Below, one piece after another: positions 26,301-38,154 of a stretch of 64,000 bases of DNA. The stretch is from Phoronis australis. Its lineage: Eukaryota > Animalia > Phoronida. Both the position numbers and the translations under genes were made by a program. Under the pieces are notes generated by a model. That model did not search any database. It was not told the DNA's origin and was given only the letters and a program-made list of their open reading frames with translations. The number at the start of each line of letters is the position of its first letter. The stretch's first letter is position 1. The DNA lies in NCBI GenBank assembly GCA_002633005.1, contig NMRA01000606.1:1-64000 (forward strand). The letters run 5' to 3'.

Positions 26301-27865
26301 CCTTCAGGACAGATACACGGACAAAACTTCGGACCTGTTTGTTCTGACATGTGTGAGTTTTATTGCAGGTACAACTAAAATAAAATACTGCAATCGAAAA
26401 AACAAACCAGAACCATCAATTATGCTATTTTTTGGCCTGAGAATATGACGTGTGATGTGAGACAATTTCCAAGAATTCGAATGTAAAAGTACTGAATGTG
26501 GATATGGTTAGGCTATAGGCTTGAATTGCGTGCCATTAGTAATTACTATGGAATATAGAGTCCCTGCAGTTCTTGAATATTAGAAGTTCATAGCGTCCAA
26601 TATTTCTAAAGAGTATCTAGATCTAATGTGGAATTTCAGGCTATGAAGTGCAGACATATATTTGAGTCGGTGCAGTTGTTTACATTTCAAAAAGATTTAT
26701 GATTTGACAGTCCAGCATCATTTATTTTGTCCATCGGGAGTTTAATTTTATAGTATCTCATAATTTCATGAATTGAATGTTTTGAAGTGTCCACATGGTA
26801 AAAATCAACTGTTCCTTCATGATTGCATGCCTCACATTTTTTGTTCCGTTTTAGTTAAGAATCCAAATTACGAGACCAATTTTCAACCATGTTCTCACTT
26901 GACAAATTGTACGTCTTCAAAATATTCTGCACTTCATTCTACATTGTACACTGGGTAATAGTGAAGTGGGTATCACATTTTGAGAACCAGTTTCTCCACT
27001 GACTAACAGGGCTTAAACTGGTTCTTAAAATCCCAGACACCCGGAAGTGTATTCTATACATTAAATGTTGCAATGAACACTGAATGATTCAAACATTTTG
27101 ATAATGGCTCAAGCTCTGCTCAAAGTAAATATCTTTGACAATCGTGCCTTGTAGAGTGAAATGAGTTGTAAACAATTGGTTCTAGTGAAACCCTGACCAG
27201 TGAGTGGCTAGAAAATCAAAACATACAAATTCCTCACAATGTACTTACATTAGACAATAAATTTATCTAATCCTGATGTCTCTGTTTTATTCTATTTGTT
27301 ATACACACAACAACCTTATGTCCAGACAGGCTTCTCATTGGCAGGCGATGTGAAACATCACGGGCCATGTAATATCCCCAAACTGCCCTCGCCTGACACT
27401 TCATCGTTTAGAAGATGCCTTTCCTATCTAAGGCTCAGCAGCTGGCTATTGGATAAATTTCAATTGAAGTAGAACTTTCAAACGAGACATTTTTATTATA
27501 CTGGTTTCATGGGTACATTTTTGCATGAAATTTTAGAGAATATTGTTCCCTGGCTGTTAGTGAAAGTTGGTACGTACATCTGGACCACTTATTAAAATAC
27601 CCATAACAGTTGGAAGGCTTGTACTAGAAAAGTTGAGATGCAATTTAATACACCACCTGGAGCACATGCAGGATGGATGATATGGTCGACATGCTTTTGA
27701 CCAGGAAGACACCATCAAGAGCACTGGATTTCTAGAGGGTATTTCATTCCTCGTGCAAAGTTGAGCAAGTCTGAAACGTTAGTTTATATTTGGAATCACA
27801 GATGGCACTACCTCTGTTTTTAGCTTCATTGACATGGCGAGAGTGCTAGCAGTTGCAGTAACTTG

Positions 27866-27979
27866 TCACCTGCTATGCTTCTTGTGTTTATGTTTCTTGT
27901 TGCTATGGTAATGTTCATCGTAATCACTGGAACCAGAATCCGATGAATGCTTTTTCTTGTGCTTTCGCCTTTTCTTTAC
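27866..27979 (-). CDS. ZCCHC17: ZCCHC17 exon 8 (stop)
   Basis: tctag|VKKRRKHKKKHSSDSGSSDYDEHYHSNKKHKHKKHSR-TGA. Confidence 0.84.
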   Translation of the reverse strand, partial: VKKRRKHKKKHSSDSGSSDYDEHYHSNKKHKHKKHSR

Positions 27980-30900
27980 CTAGATAGAGGAATTCAAGTC
28001 ATAAGTTAGTGTGCAAAACTGAGTATTATGCGACCGTGTACTTAAATCACAGTGCGGTTGAATATACAAGAGAGCTGACAAAATGAAGATAAACATTGGA
28101 CACCACGATGAGTCCAATAGAAGCCTGGACTTACATTAATCTCGGTACATTGATTATTGCCGCTTATATTCAACTTTAAGACCAGCTTCAATAAGAGCGC
28201 CAACAACCACTGTTCGAAATATACAGTCCGGGGCCAGTGGATTTGCGGTTGGGCCAGTAAACTTTCACCAACAGGGGGCCCTACATGTACGTGGATGTGG
28301 TCTCACATTGAAGTAACTGGCCCGGCAGGCCAGCACATTTATTTGCTGAAGATCGAACGCTGCCGACAACTGTTAGAACCCTTGTGTTATGCAGTATGCT
28401 TAGTACTCGATGTACAATATACACAGTACATTGTCGGGTAAAGTACTGTGTTACAAAGCAATTCTCATTTGAACAAGAGCAACAAGGCAAAGTAAAGGTA
28501 TGCATCCACAACACGGTCGTCTCAGATTACACAGTGACAGAACTCTCCCTTATGCTGGAAGTAAGAAAGCCCGTTGTTTTCATTGGCCTCGTTTTGGAAT
28601 GTAAGGCACATTTTCATTGATCATATCGGAAACTGTGGAGATATATGGCCGTAGAAATATTCCCAATGTGAACTGTTTGAGAAAAGAATATTAATAGAAA
28701 CTTGTGGTATCTTCAAGAAGGGGGATTGTGTTCAATTGAAAATTAACCCCGACAAACTTCCTTTATCCACTCGCTGCACATTTTCTTGTCTTCAATTTAT
28801 GTTGGGAAGGTGAGGAACTTCATCACATATCCACGGATATTTTTTAAAATTATCAACATTCTTCAATCCAAGTTGCTGCCCCCAGCATAGCAATAATACT
28901 TAGTTGGCATTGGAAGGACGGACAGAGCACCCAAAAAAAAACTTGTAAGGAATACGCTAAGAAAAAAGAACATATGTAATTCTAATGGTGCAAAAATGAG
29001 TGCTTGATGGATATTGTGGGTAAATACAGCAGTAACCTGGGACAGCCCTATTGTACAATGCAAAGTATTTAAAGCAATCCTCTAAATTAACTTAAGATTA
29101 TTTCTAGTTGAGCATGACAGAACATTTCTAGTGCAGGTTCTTGGAACAGCACCAAGATACTCACCTCGAATGTCTCTTCATCATCAGAATGTTTGTGTTT
29201 GCGAGATTCCTTTTTATGCTTGTGGTCCTTTTTCTGAAACAGAATTCATTTGCAGTCGAAGCACGTCAAAAGAACACATTGAGGTGTCCCTTTCAAAGAA
29301 AAATAAATAAGTGACAACAGTACGAAGAAATGTTTACTTTGAAGATGCTTGAAAGCGAGTTATTGTACGCATTATAGTAAATAAGCACAAATCTTACAAC
29401 TGAAACAACACTCATGAATTTCATTTTATTTATTTGCCAAAACATATTGGATATAAATAAAAGATCAATCAGAAGAGGCAGGCACCTTAAAGTGGCTAGC
29501 ACCATAGCAAATTTCATGTACCATTTCCGGTCTCCAATGGAGTTAATTAAAAGCAAAAATCAAAAGAAGCACACCTTTTTCTTTTTGTGTTTGTGCTCGA
29601 CAACTGACCCTTGGGCATCTGTCTGTTCGTCCACATCAGGTAAGAGGTCGTACTTGGTTCCACCCGGCACATAGAAGCAATCTTGGGCCAGGTGACCTGA
29701 CAATACACACGAAAATACAAACATATTTTACCATCAAATCGCGTTACAGTGTACCTTCTTTGTGACGTCCACAGGCTCACAGTGTTCTATTGAAAGTCTT
29801 TGCAAGTTACATTGCAACGCGGTTGAATATAATCTTAATCTATACCGTTAACAACACGAAGTACTGCAATTTTATGAACGACATTAATTTAGAGTTTGCA
29901 GTTGGCACAGTGCACATGAGCACTGAACATTCAAATTCAACAACAAAATGCCAGCAGCTAGCTACATCACTCCCCAACACTTTGTCTCAGGTCCAAGAAA
30001 CGCACCAATTCTTCACCCTCTTTACCTTTCCCTCCGCACTTTTTGCATGTGGTGTCCAGCACAGCCTCCAGTATAATGCGCTTGTCGCGTTTATCAGATG
30101 GTATTTTTCTTTTCTGTTCATCCAACCTTTCAGGAACGAATGACAAAAGCAGACTTTGAAGCATGCAGTGTAATCTACCTCCACATTACCTGGTTAAACT
30201 ACCCTGTAATAATATACCAGGACAGCAGGAAGATAAACATAGCTGCAGTCATTACACCCACAACATTAGCGAAGCACTCCATATACGAAACGGAAACGGT
30301 GAATTCATTACCTTAATTCAACATTTCAACCTCACCAACACTTCACTACTTCAATGGCCACGACATTGCTAGGGTAGGCTAGTAAGGTCTTGAGAATACT
30401 CATGAAGCACTCGCCTGACTTAGCATGGTCTTGCTTTCACCTGATTTTCTTGTCTCTCAGAATTGTTCCCCGGGTGTAATATTGCCATTATAGCAAACAT
30501 TCAACGTAAAATCTTTATAATAATGAAATTATTGCAAACATTCAACGTAAAATCTTTAATGTTGCAAGCGCACGAAGGAAACACTGGTGCAAATTGATTT
30601 CAAATTCTACTGAGCAAAATGGGGCATGTCCACACTGGAATTTTTCATCTTGCCAGTCCTGGCAAAAATAATTCTCAGTCATAAGTTGTGGATGATGGGA
30701 AAGCTTTATGAAATTCAGCAACTTTGAACATTTGTTTCGCACTACCATACTGAAAGGGCACAAGTCTTCATGATTTGCAACTGAGTGTACAGGTTTTGTT
30801 GTGCGTTCAGAACTGATTCTGACATAATAGTCAGCAAATAAATTGTGTAACTTATGTCAAGTTTGCCCCAAAAAGCAAACAATTTTTCATCACGAATGCA

Positions 30901-33900
30901 TGATTATCAAAGCAGCGTTCCACAAGTGGTTGCCTGTAAACAGGATTGAAGGACATTTGAGAAACTTTTGTCAATAAAAAATCGCCAATCAAGTGATTAT
31001 GGAGAGCTGTCATGTAGCAGACCATTGGTCGTAAAATAAAATATTGTAACTGCACATCCGTGGTCTTTCCCATTAAGGTATATCCATGCATTCGCTTTCT
31101 GGGGACTTCAACATGAAGTTATGACAGTAAGGAACACTGCTGAATATGAAATCAGTAAAGAACAAAAATACGCAACACCTTAAAAGGTCTTAAGCCATCT
31201 TCGATAGTTGCATGGTGTTTTGGCACATGCTGGCATGTGATTTGGAAAGGCAAAACTTGCCACTTTAGTGGATTCGTGTTTGTGCAGCATTTGCACACTT
31301 TTCGTGCATAATTCACAAAATTGCTCTTCATGATTGCAATGAGATGCAATGGCAGACTGTGACAAGTAAAAGTTGCACCTTGTGCACACCTCCATCATTG
31401 TCAGGACACGAATACTAATACCACAAAGTGCAGTGACAAGCATTGTCTACAGTCTTCTCACGTGTGCCTAATAATTAGTCACGTATGGTTCACATTTGAT
31501 GACGAATTTTTAAACATTCCAAAACTCTCTACGACAGTTCACAGGCATTTCAATCTCATTCCCGAGGAGATTACACATGTACATTGCCATGACATTACAT
31601 GACAATTGCACGCCACTTAATCATGCAAGTGTTAGGGTGACTTTACTTTAACTGGACATTATTGGGATCCAAGTCCTCTCCAGAATCCTGGTTCACTGCC
31701 TTCATAGACAAGCCGACCTTTGACCCATCATCCTGCAAGCAGTAATCATGTGATAGTCACAACCTGCAAATCAGTGCATAACATGCCGTGACAAGCCAGC
31801 TTGTAAAGCCTCGTCTCAAGCAATAACGAGCTGTCATTTCTTTTGAAGTCCCGAAATTGCCTCAAGTTAGACCAAGGGACAATTTCAGACAAATTACATA
31901 ATATCCGAAAGTGTTCTTTAATCAAAAGTTGGTTTTTACGGTAGAAGATGGGTTTATTGCTGCTTTAAGACTATGTTTTTGAACTTATCCCAATAACTAC
32001 AGAAACACAACAGGTCAGTTCTGGCAATAGCAAATACAAATCAAAATATGGGAGCTCGAAAACTTTTCAGCTAAAGTTGAAAGTTTTTGCCACACCTAAA
32101 GAATGTTAATTCGTCAAAGTTTACTAATTGTCATTCATTTGCTGATACAGGACCTCAGCAATGGATAACAGATCCTTATGCACAACAAATTTAAATTAGT
32201 AAGTGGGTGGTCATCAGGTCCTTACTTCCATAGAGATGACCTTGACATACACTTGATCCCCCTTTGAGGCCACCTGGTTAGGGTCATCGACCCTCGACCT
32301 CGACATCTGACTTTTGTGCACCAAGCCTGAAAGTCATCTAACATTAGGTACTCACAGTATAATACCAACAGGATGTTCCAATTCTGCAATAGCCTAATGC
32401 ACAGAGAAATGAGCAATGCCAGGGCAGACATTGGATTTCAACACAATTTTTACTAGGTTAGAACTTGGGTGAACACATTTCTGTCATTTAAAAACAAAAA
32501 TGGAACTTCTTTTAAACATTCCTTTTGAAGCCACATAGTGAGGACAAGTACTGTTTCTTATGAGATCATCTTAGAAATAGAAGGCTTCAAAGCGTCCTGG
32601 CTCTATTTTCTTTTTTATAACCCCATGGAAACTACAAAACCTGAATAGAGAATTAAAAATTAGACCATGTAGGTTCTGGAATTTTCAAAATTGGTCAAGT
32701 AATAGTGATTTTGTCAAAAAAGGTTCGAGCTATTTATTGGAAAGTAGTTTCCAGCATGGTATTTAATCTTAGGATTAACTGCATCACTAACTCGGAAGCT
32801 GTGCCGGCAAGAATGTGGATAAAACCAAGTCCTGGTCTAGGAGTCTTGTTTAAAGGGAATGCTTTGGACATGATTGTTTTGATAGGGTCTGTACTGGACA
32901 TTATTTGTCAAGTTCATTCATAGAAAGCATGAAAACAGGACCCGAAAAAATTATTAATTCTACTGTCAGTGCCATCCGACATGGTGAGCACTGCACCACA
33001 TTAAAAGGCTGGTGAACGGTTTTGGAAATCTTGAGCCATTTTTGAAAACCCTGAACAGTTTCTGCTTTACAAGACAAATTACTGAAATAGCATTGTTTTT
33101 ATTTTCCACCAGACTGAGTATAAAAACGAAAGTGACATACTAGTACTAAGCAAATGAAAATGGTGTGTAAATACAGACAAGATCAGTGATCTGTGTCAAG
33201 ACAGGTAACTAAAGGCTCAAGTCAAGAAATTTGGGCTTACGCACCACACAATTTCTGAAAAACCTTTTAATCTCACTTGAGCAAAGATGTAGTCTTTGAA
33301 AATAAACATATAACTGCTAGTTACCGACACAGTTGTTTCTGGACTCTGTGTGTTACTCATAATGACTTTCCAAACTGCCAGTTACCAAGAAAGTTGTTTC
33401 TGGACTGTGTGTGCCACTCATAATGACTTTTCAAACTGCTAGTTACCGAGACAGTTGTTTCTGGACTGTGTGTGTCACTCATAATGACTTTTCAAACTGC
33501 TAGTTACAGAGACAGTTGTTTCTGGACTGTGTGTGCCACTCATAATGACTTTTCAAAACTTTGATTCAGCAATCACTAAGTGGGAGCAAAAGACCTGCCT
33601 CCCGTTCAGTAACGCTAGGACCTCGTTAAAAAGCAAGACTTCGAGAGATTACGTGAGATATTGCCGTGTACTTTAAATCAGAACACGTGACTTTGACTAG
33701 GTTTTAGCTAGGTCCTAGCGTAGGTCCGAGCATCTACTGAACGCACGCCAGCTTTCTCTTTAAGTCTGAAGTCACATTTCGTGAAACAGATCCCAGGACA
33801 CAAAAGTAATAGACAACTTGAGACACGTGTACCTAAATTTGACACAAAAGCTCAGTTAAGTTCACAGGTCGTGCAGAGTAGCACAGTAGCTTACCATCTC

Positions 33901-34989
33901 GACCTATACCAAACAACTTGACAAAAACACCGTAAGGTTGGATGGATGACACCTAGAAAAAAGATGTATGTAAAAATGTTAATTTAATTTTCATCAGCTC
34001 ACAGACAAAAATGAAGAAATGAAAAACAAGCTAGGTGAATAAAAATAAATAAAAGTCTGAAAAATCCGGCAGTGGATAATAGAAGAAGACTAACATTTTT
34101 TCTATTGCCTTTTGTATAAAAATTAATAAAAACATTCAATTAACTATACCAAACTCTTCTAGGTCAAAATCCATTTTCAGCTTAATAGCAAAGTCAACTG
34201 CAAAACTACCAAATTTTCACTTTTTAACACCTGGCCATTATCACATTTCCGTCTGAAAACCTCCAATTTATACGAGTAACAACTGATAGAAGGAGGAGAC
34301 CCGACGGATGTCAGATATAAGCTCCCAAAACGATCGAGCAACAGTCAAACATTCAGCCGCACCTAGCTTTATTTGGGCGACAAATACCATTTAAGTTTTT
34401 CATAAGAGATATACTCTCCAGCTGTTTTATTTGGACCTAATACACGCGAGTCCAGTTTACGTAACCTGTCCTACCCTAATTGACGGGTTAGGACGAGAAT
34501 AAAGAGTTAAATCAGGTCATTGGGTATGATATTGGTTAGAGTGCAGTGCATGAGCCCACAGGCCATCGGCGGCCCACCATAGGGGAGCTATAGCCCTCCC
34601 ACTTATTTCAGTGCTCCGCGCCCATGTGAAATGGGCGGCGTACCAAAAACAGGGAGCTGGGGCCTAGGGGGCTCAATAGCCCCCCACTTATTTCAGTGCT
34701 TCGGCGCCCATGCAGTCACCTTTAATCAGTCGCTCGTGAGATACTATAATAAATAATATATTTTAGTATATAACCACAGGCGTCAACGGCGAGCGGCTGA
34801 TGAGAGTATCTGTGAGGATCCCAAAGAATCGTTTCAATTCTGCCCCGAACATGCTCATGCTGAACAGTGAACTCCAGACGAGCACAGTGGTTCTTAGTGC
34901 GATAAGGAAATGCGCAGCCAAATACAATTTAGTCGTTAAAATGAACACACGAAATTTACCTCGCCCTTGTGAATACAATATAACTCCAT
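27866..34989 (-). CDS. ZCCHC17: Nucleolar protein of 40 kDa / zinc finger CCHC domain-containing 17 (S1 domain, CCHC knuckle, Lys/His-rich tail), 226 aa
   Basis: Exons 34989-34960, 33952-33895, 32326-32226, 31732-31647, 30126-30026, 29696-29575, 29233-29165, 27979-27866 (681 nt, in phase). S1 domain MELYCIHKGEVSSIQPYGVFVKL..GLVHKSQMS..VYVKVIS..KVGLSMKAVNQDSGEDLDPNN; knuckle ILEAVLDTTCKKCGGKGHLAQDC; PGGTKYDLLPD; basic tail. Confidence 0.92.
29165..29233 (-). CDS. ZCCHC17: ZCCHC17 exon 7
   Basis: tttcag|KKDHKHKKESRKHKHSDDEETFE|gtgag. Confidence 0.82.
29575..29696 (-). CDS. ZCCHC17: ZCCHC17 exon 6
   Basis: gtcag|..HLAQDCFYVPGGTKYDLLPDVDEQ..KHKKKK|gtgtg. Confidence 0.88.
30026..30126 (-). CDS. 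ZCCHC17: ZCCHC17 exon 5
   Basis: aag|..LDEQKRKIPSDKRDKRIILEAVLDTTCKKCGGK G|gtaaa. Confidence 0.88.
31647..31732 (-). CDS. ZCCHC17: ZCCHC17 exon 4
   Basis: ttgcag|DDGSKVGLSMKAVNQDSGEDLDPNNVQL..|gtaaa. Confidence 0.9.
32226..32326 (-). CDS. ZCCHC17: ZCCHC17 exon 3
   Basis: tttcag|..LVHKSQMSRSRVDDPNQVASKGDQVYVKVISME|gtaag. Confidence 0.9.
33312..33557 (+). repeat. 61-bp minisatellite, 4 copies (ZCCHC17 intron 2)
   Basis: Units start at 33312, 33373, 33434 and 33495. Confidence 0.92.
33895..33952 (-). CDS. ZCCHC17: ZCCHC17 exon 2
   Basis: ttttctag|VSSIQPYGVFVKLFGIGRD G|gtaag. Confidence 0.88.
34960..34989 (-). CDS. ZCCHC17: ZCCHC17 exon 1
   Basis: MELYCIHKGE|gtaaat. Confidence 0.8.
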
Positions 34990-35039
34990 TCCTAAAGATC
35001 GAATCAAAGGAACTAAGGAATTAACGTACTCTTGGGAAA

Positions 35040-35130
35040 TGAAGTCAACAACTCAAAACATCCGCCATCATACATGCCTGCCACCTACCGGAAACGAATC
35101 CAATTCTGGTAAGACGCGGTGGAGAGGTCA
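35040..35130 (-). promoter_or_regulatory. ZCCHC17 promoter / 5' UTR region
   Basis: YY1-like GATGGCGG (+ strand ccgccatc 35062-35069) and ETS-like CCGGAAA (35088-35094), 75-100 nt upstream of the ATG. Confidence 0.5.
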
Positions 35131-37874
35131 GTGTAGGCCAGAGTCGAGTCATAAAAAGACTGCATAGTTTCAGTCAAGCTGACTCAAAGATGCTCTTTCT
35201 GTTTCAATTAAGTAATAGAATCATAAAATGGATTTTAACGACAGTACAGACGTCGAAACCCAAACCCAAATAATATTCATTCAACACAATCTCCCATACG
35301 AATTTCTTTCCATTGTTTAGAGATGCTGAGATCATTCTGGCAAGCTGTAGTGTACACAAGTCAAGTCCCTCAATTGTGCTGCTCAGGGAAATATCAGAAC
35401 AAAGGAACATCAGTTGCACTGCCCGTTCTGTTTTCCATTTTCGTTAACCGCACTTTGCCGTTCAAACAATGAAAAAAATTAAGTTCAACGCCGTACGATT
35501 TAGTTTGTATATGGTCTGCAGCTTCAAAAAGGACAGGAAACAATATTGCTACGTACATAGGCAGCGGTGATCACAGACGCCCACCAGCTGTTCTCTAATC
35601 CCCAGGCAAAAAGCCGGTCACGAAAGCCAAACAGGGTTTGGAATGACCCATGACAAAAAGGAATGAGTTATGTACGGTTCTAACTAAATAGGGTTATGTG
35701 GTTTCGTTGAAATATTTTTTGTGTAGTGAAATTTAACTGCAAGAAATGTTTCTGGCATGAATAAAGTCAAAATGATAAATAAAAAAAAGAAAACTGGAAC
35801 TCAAATAATATTAAATCAAAACCAAAAAATTGAGGGAATCCTCGTAAAGGAGGAAAATTCTCTAAGCCCTGGTCCAGGCGCAGTGGGAAGTGGCAAACGG
35901 TAATCCCAACCTGTAAGAAGCATTCAAAGTTGCCAGTTGGGACAATGCAGCGCATAGTGCTGCAATAGTTCATTATATGTCCCAGATTTTGTTACACCTT
36001 CTCATCCTTCACGGTGAGTGCTGGAATGTTTAGCACCTCTTCGAATGGTGTTTCCGAAATATGAATTTCTGAACAAAACAAAAACTACGACGCGAGGTGT
36101 ATCTTTGTCCCGGCCACTTTCCTTCATAGTGGTGCTCAGCAGGTTTGAAAGACCTTACATGTACACTGGTTTTCAACGTACAGAAGTTACAGATCTGGTG
36201 CATGGTTATGCAACAAACTTTTGCTCCACTCATCTACAAATTTTGGAAATCCGCAAGTGATCTATACTGCAGGAATCAAAACACAGGGAGTGTGGCTGTC
36301 ATAAAAGCATCCCCATGAGCACAACACACTCAGGCTGAGTTCAGTTAACTATTGTTAGTCTCTCACTAAAAACAGATCTCGTGATATATCCCCATGTATA
36401 CTCAATGAGAACACGTGATTATTTTTGTTGTGAGGCAGTTAACGAACTCTAACCAGGGGCTGAGGATTAAACTCAAAATAAAGTGCTTTAAATGCCATGC
36501 TTGTCTGAACACCCATCTACTGATTTTTAATACCCCAACTTTAAAAGCTGACAACTTTACTGGTACTACAGTGCACCAAGAAAAAACAAAAAATAGAGGT
36601 GGTAGAGAAACCACTTTACTTTAAGAGAGTTAACATCCCAATTATCATACATGTACCCATACACCATGATTGCTCATGTAGCCAGATTGTTCACTTGACA
36701 GGTTATTAAGTATTGGATGAAGTTCACGCAGTATATTCCCTTTTGACCCTGATACTGTATTAACCTGTGCATGGTCTTGGAGGTACAAAAAGATCCACTT
36801 ACGCATGAGTTCATTCTGAGATATATTAAGTTTGAGAGGATTCAACACAACAAAAATAACACATACAATAACAACATAAGACATCGCATAACCATAAGAA
36901 ACTGTAAGACATTGATTATCCCCCTTATTCCAGAAGTAACTGCAGTCTCCTAAGGAACTCAAATTCAAAAGTGACCACTACAATACGTACTGTAACCATT
37001 GCTCTCGAATTAGTCATCTGCAGCATTTTCATTGTTCACCGCTGCTTGGGAACTCGACATAAGAACGATAAAAGAAGACAATTACATGTGGAACACATGT
37101 ATCAAATAAAAAATACAAGAACAAGTCAAAATCTGTTGTATTCTGAAGAGTGAGAATCAGATGTAAATAAAGTTGGATGGTTTACAGAAGATTTGTTGAA
37201 AGCCGAGGAAAATGGGGCTAATTTCTTGTCAGGTAAGTGTGTTTTTAGAGGGGTCCCAAAATTTGAGAACTAGTTTGATGCCTGCTATACAGCAGAGGAA
37301 ACTGGTTCTCAAAAATAAGGACCTGTAAGTGACATATGACCCATGTCCAAACAAACTTGTACAATGTAAAAGCCACTAGTTGTGAGCATGGGAAGTGCAC
37401 TAGGAATCTTAGTTCAAGTGTAAAATCCAAAACTCCAAACAGCGCGTCATGATTCAGGAAACCATTTATAAAGGTCACATCCACTACTGTAACATCAAAT
37501 AGAACTGGTTACCAAGGTAATTCCTTCAACAATTAACAGTAGAGACTGTGGTAGAAATCATTCTATGGTTCACAAAGACAGCTACCAATGGGTCCACTTT
37601 ATCGAATTAGACCATCGATCTTAAAATTTACTGCCAGTAATATTATTAAAACTTGTTAATAAAAGGTAGCTGTTGAGTGAGAATACTGTCGGTTTTTCGC
37701 TTTGCTAAAACTTTTGATAAAAAACACAGCATTACCGATGATTCGCAGCTTTGTGCCAATAACCATTATATTACAACAGATCTCAGATATCCAACACTAC
37801 ACCTAAACAACAAATGTCTATTCCACTTTGGCAACATTGAGAACACAAAGTTCAAGCACCTAGATGTTCTTAGA

Positions 37875-38154
37875 TCAACTCTTCCCATAATTCTTTGCCA
37901 TTTCCTCCAGCATCTCAGCTAGTCGCTCCTGTCTAGATGCCTCGCTCACACTGTCAATCATGGCGTCAAGTAAACGCCCACCATCTAAGAACTCTGCAAT
38001 GCCAAACTGTGACACGCCTATCCTATGGTCCGTAATGCGGTCCTGGTTGTAGTTATAAGTACGTATTTTTTCTGACCGGCCCGCCGTTCCCACTTGAAGT
38101 TTACGCTGCTGTATTTCGGCAGACATCTGAGCGTCGAGCTGCTTTTGATAAATT
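37875..38154 (-). CDS. MTRF1L: MTRF1L last coding exon
   Basis: tttcag|..[40 protein letters not shown]. Confidence 0.93.

Noticed and set aside
30830-30895. Possible intronic C/D snoRNA (GTGATGA..CTGA on the minus strand)
   Set aside because: No terminal stem and no recognisable rRNA or snRNA complementarity; such boxes occur by chance.
33312-33557. Regular repeats resembling a CRISPR array (also 49816-49983 and 54283-54610)
   Set aside because: Whole units repeat without unique spacers, the context is eukaryotic introns, and no cas genes are present.
33895-33903. Apparent 9-nt micro-exon tatag|GTCGAGATG|gtaag on the minus strand
   Set aside because: It is the 3' end of the 58-nt ZCCHC17 exon 2 (33952-33895), which supplies the PYGVFV part of the S1 domain.
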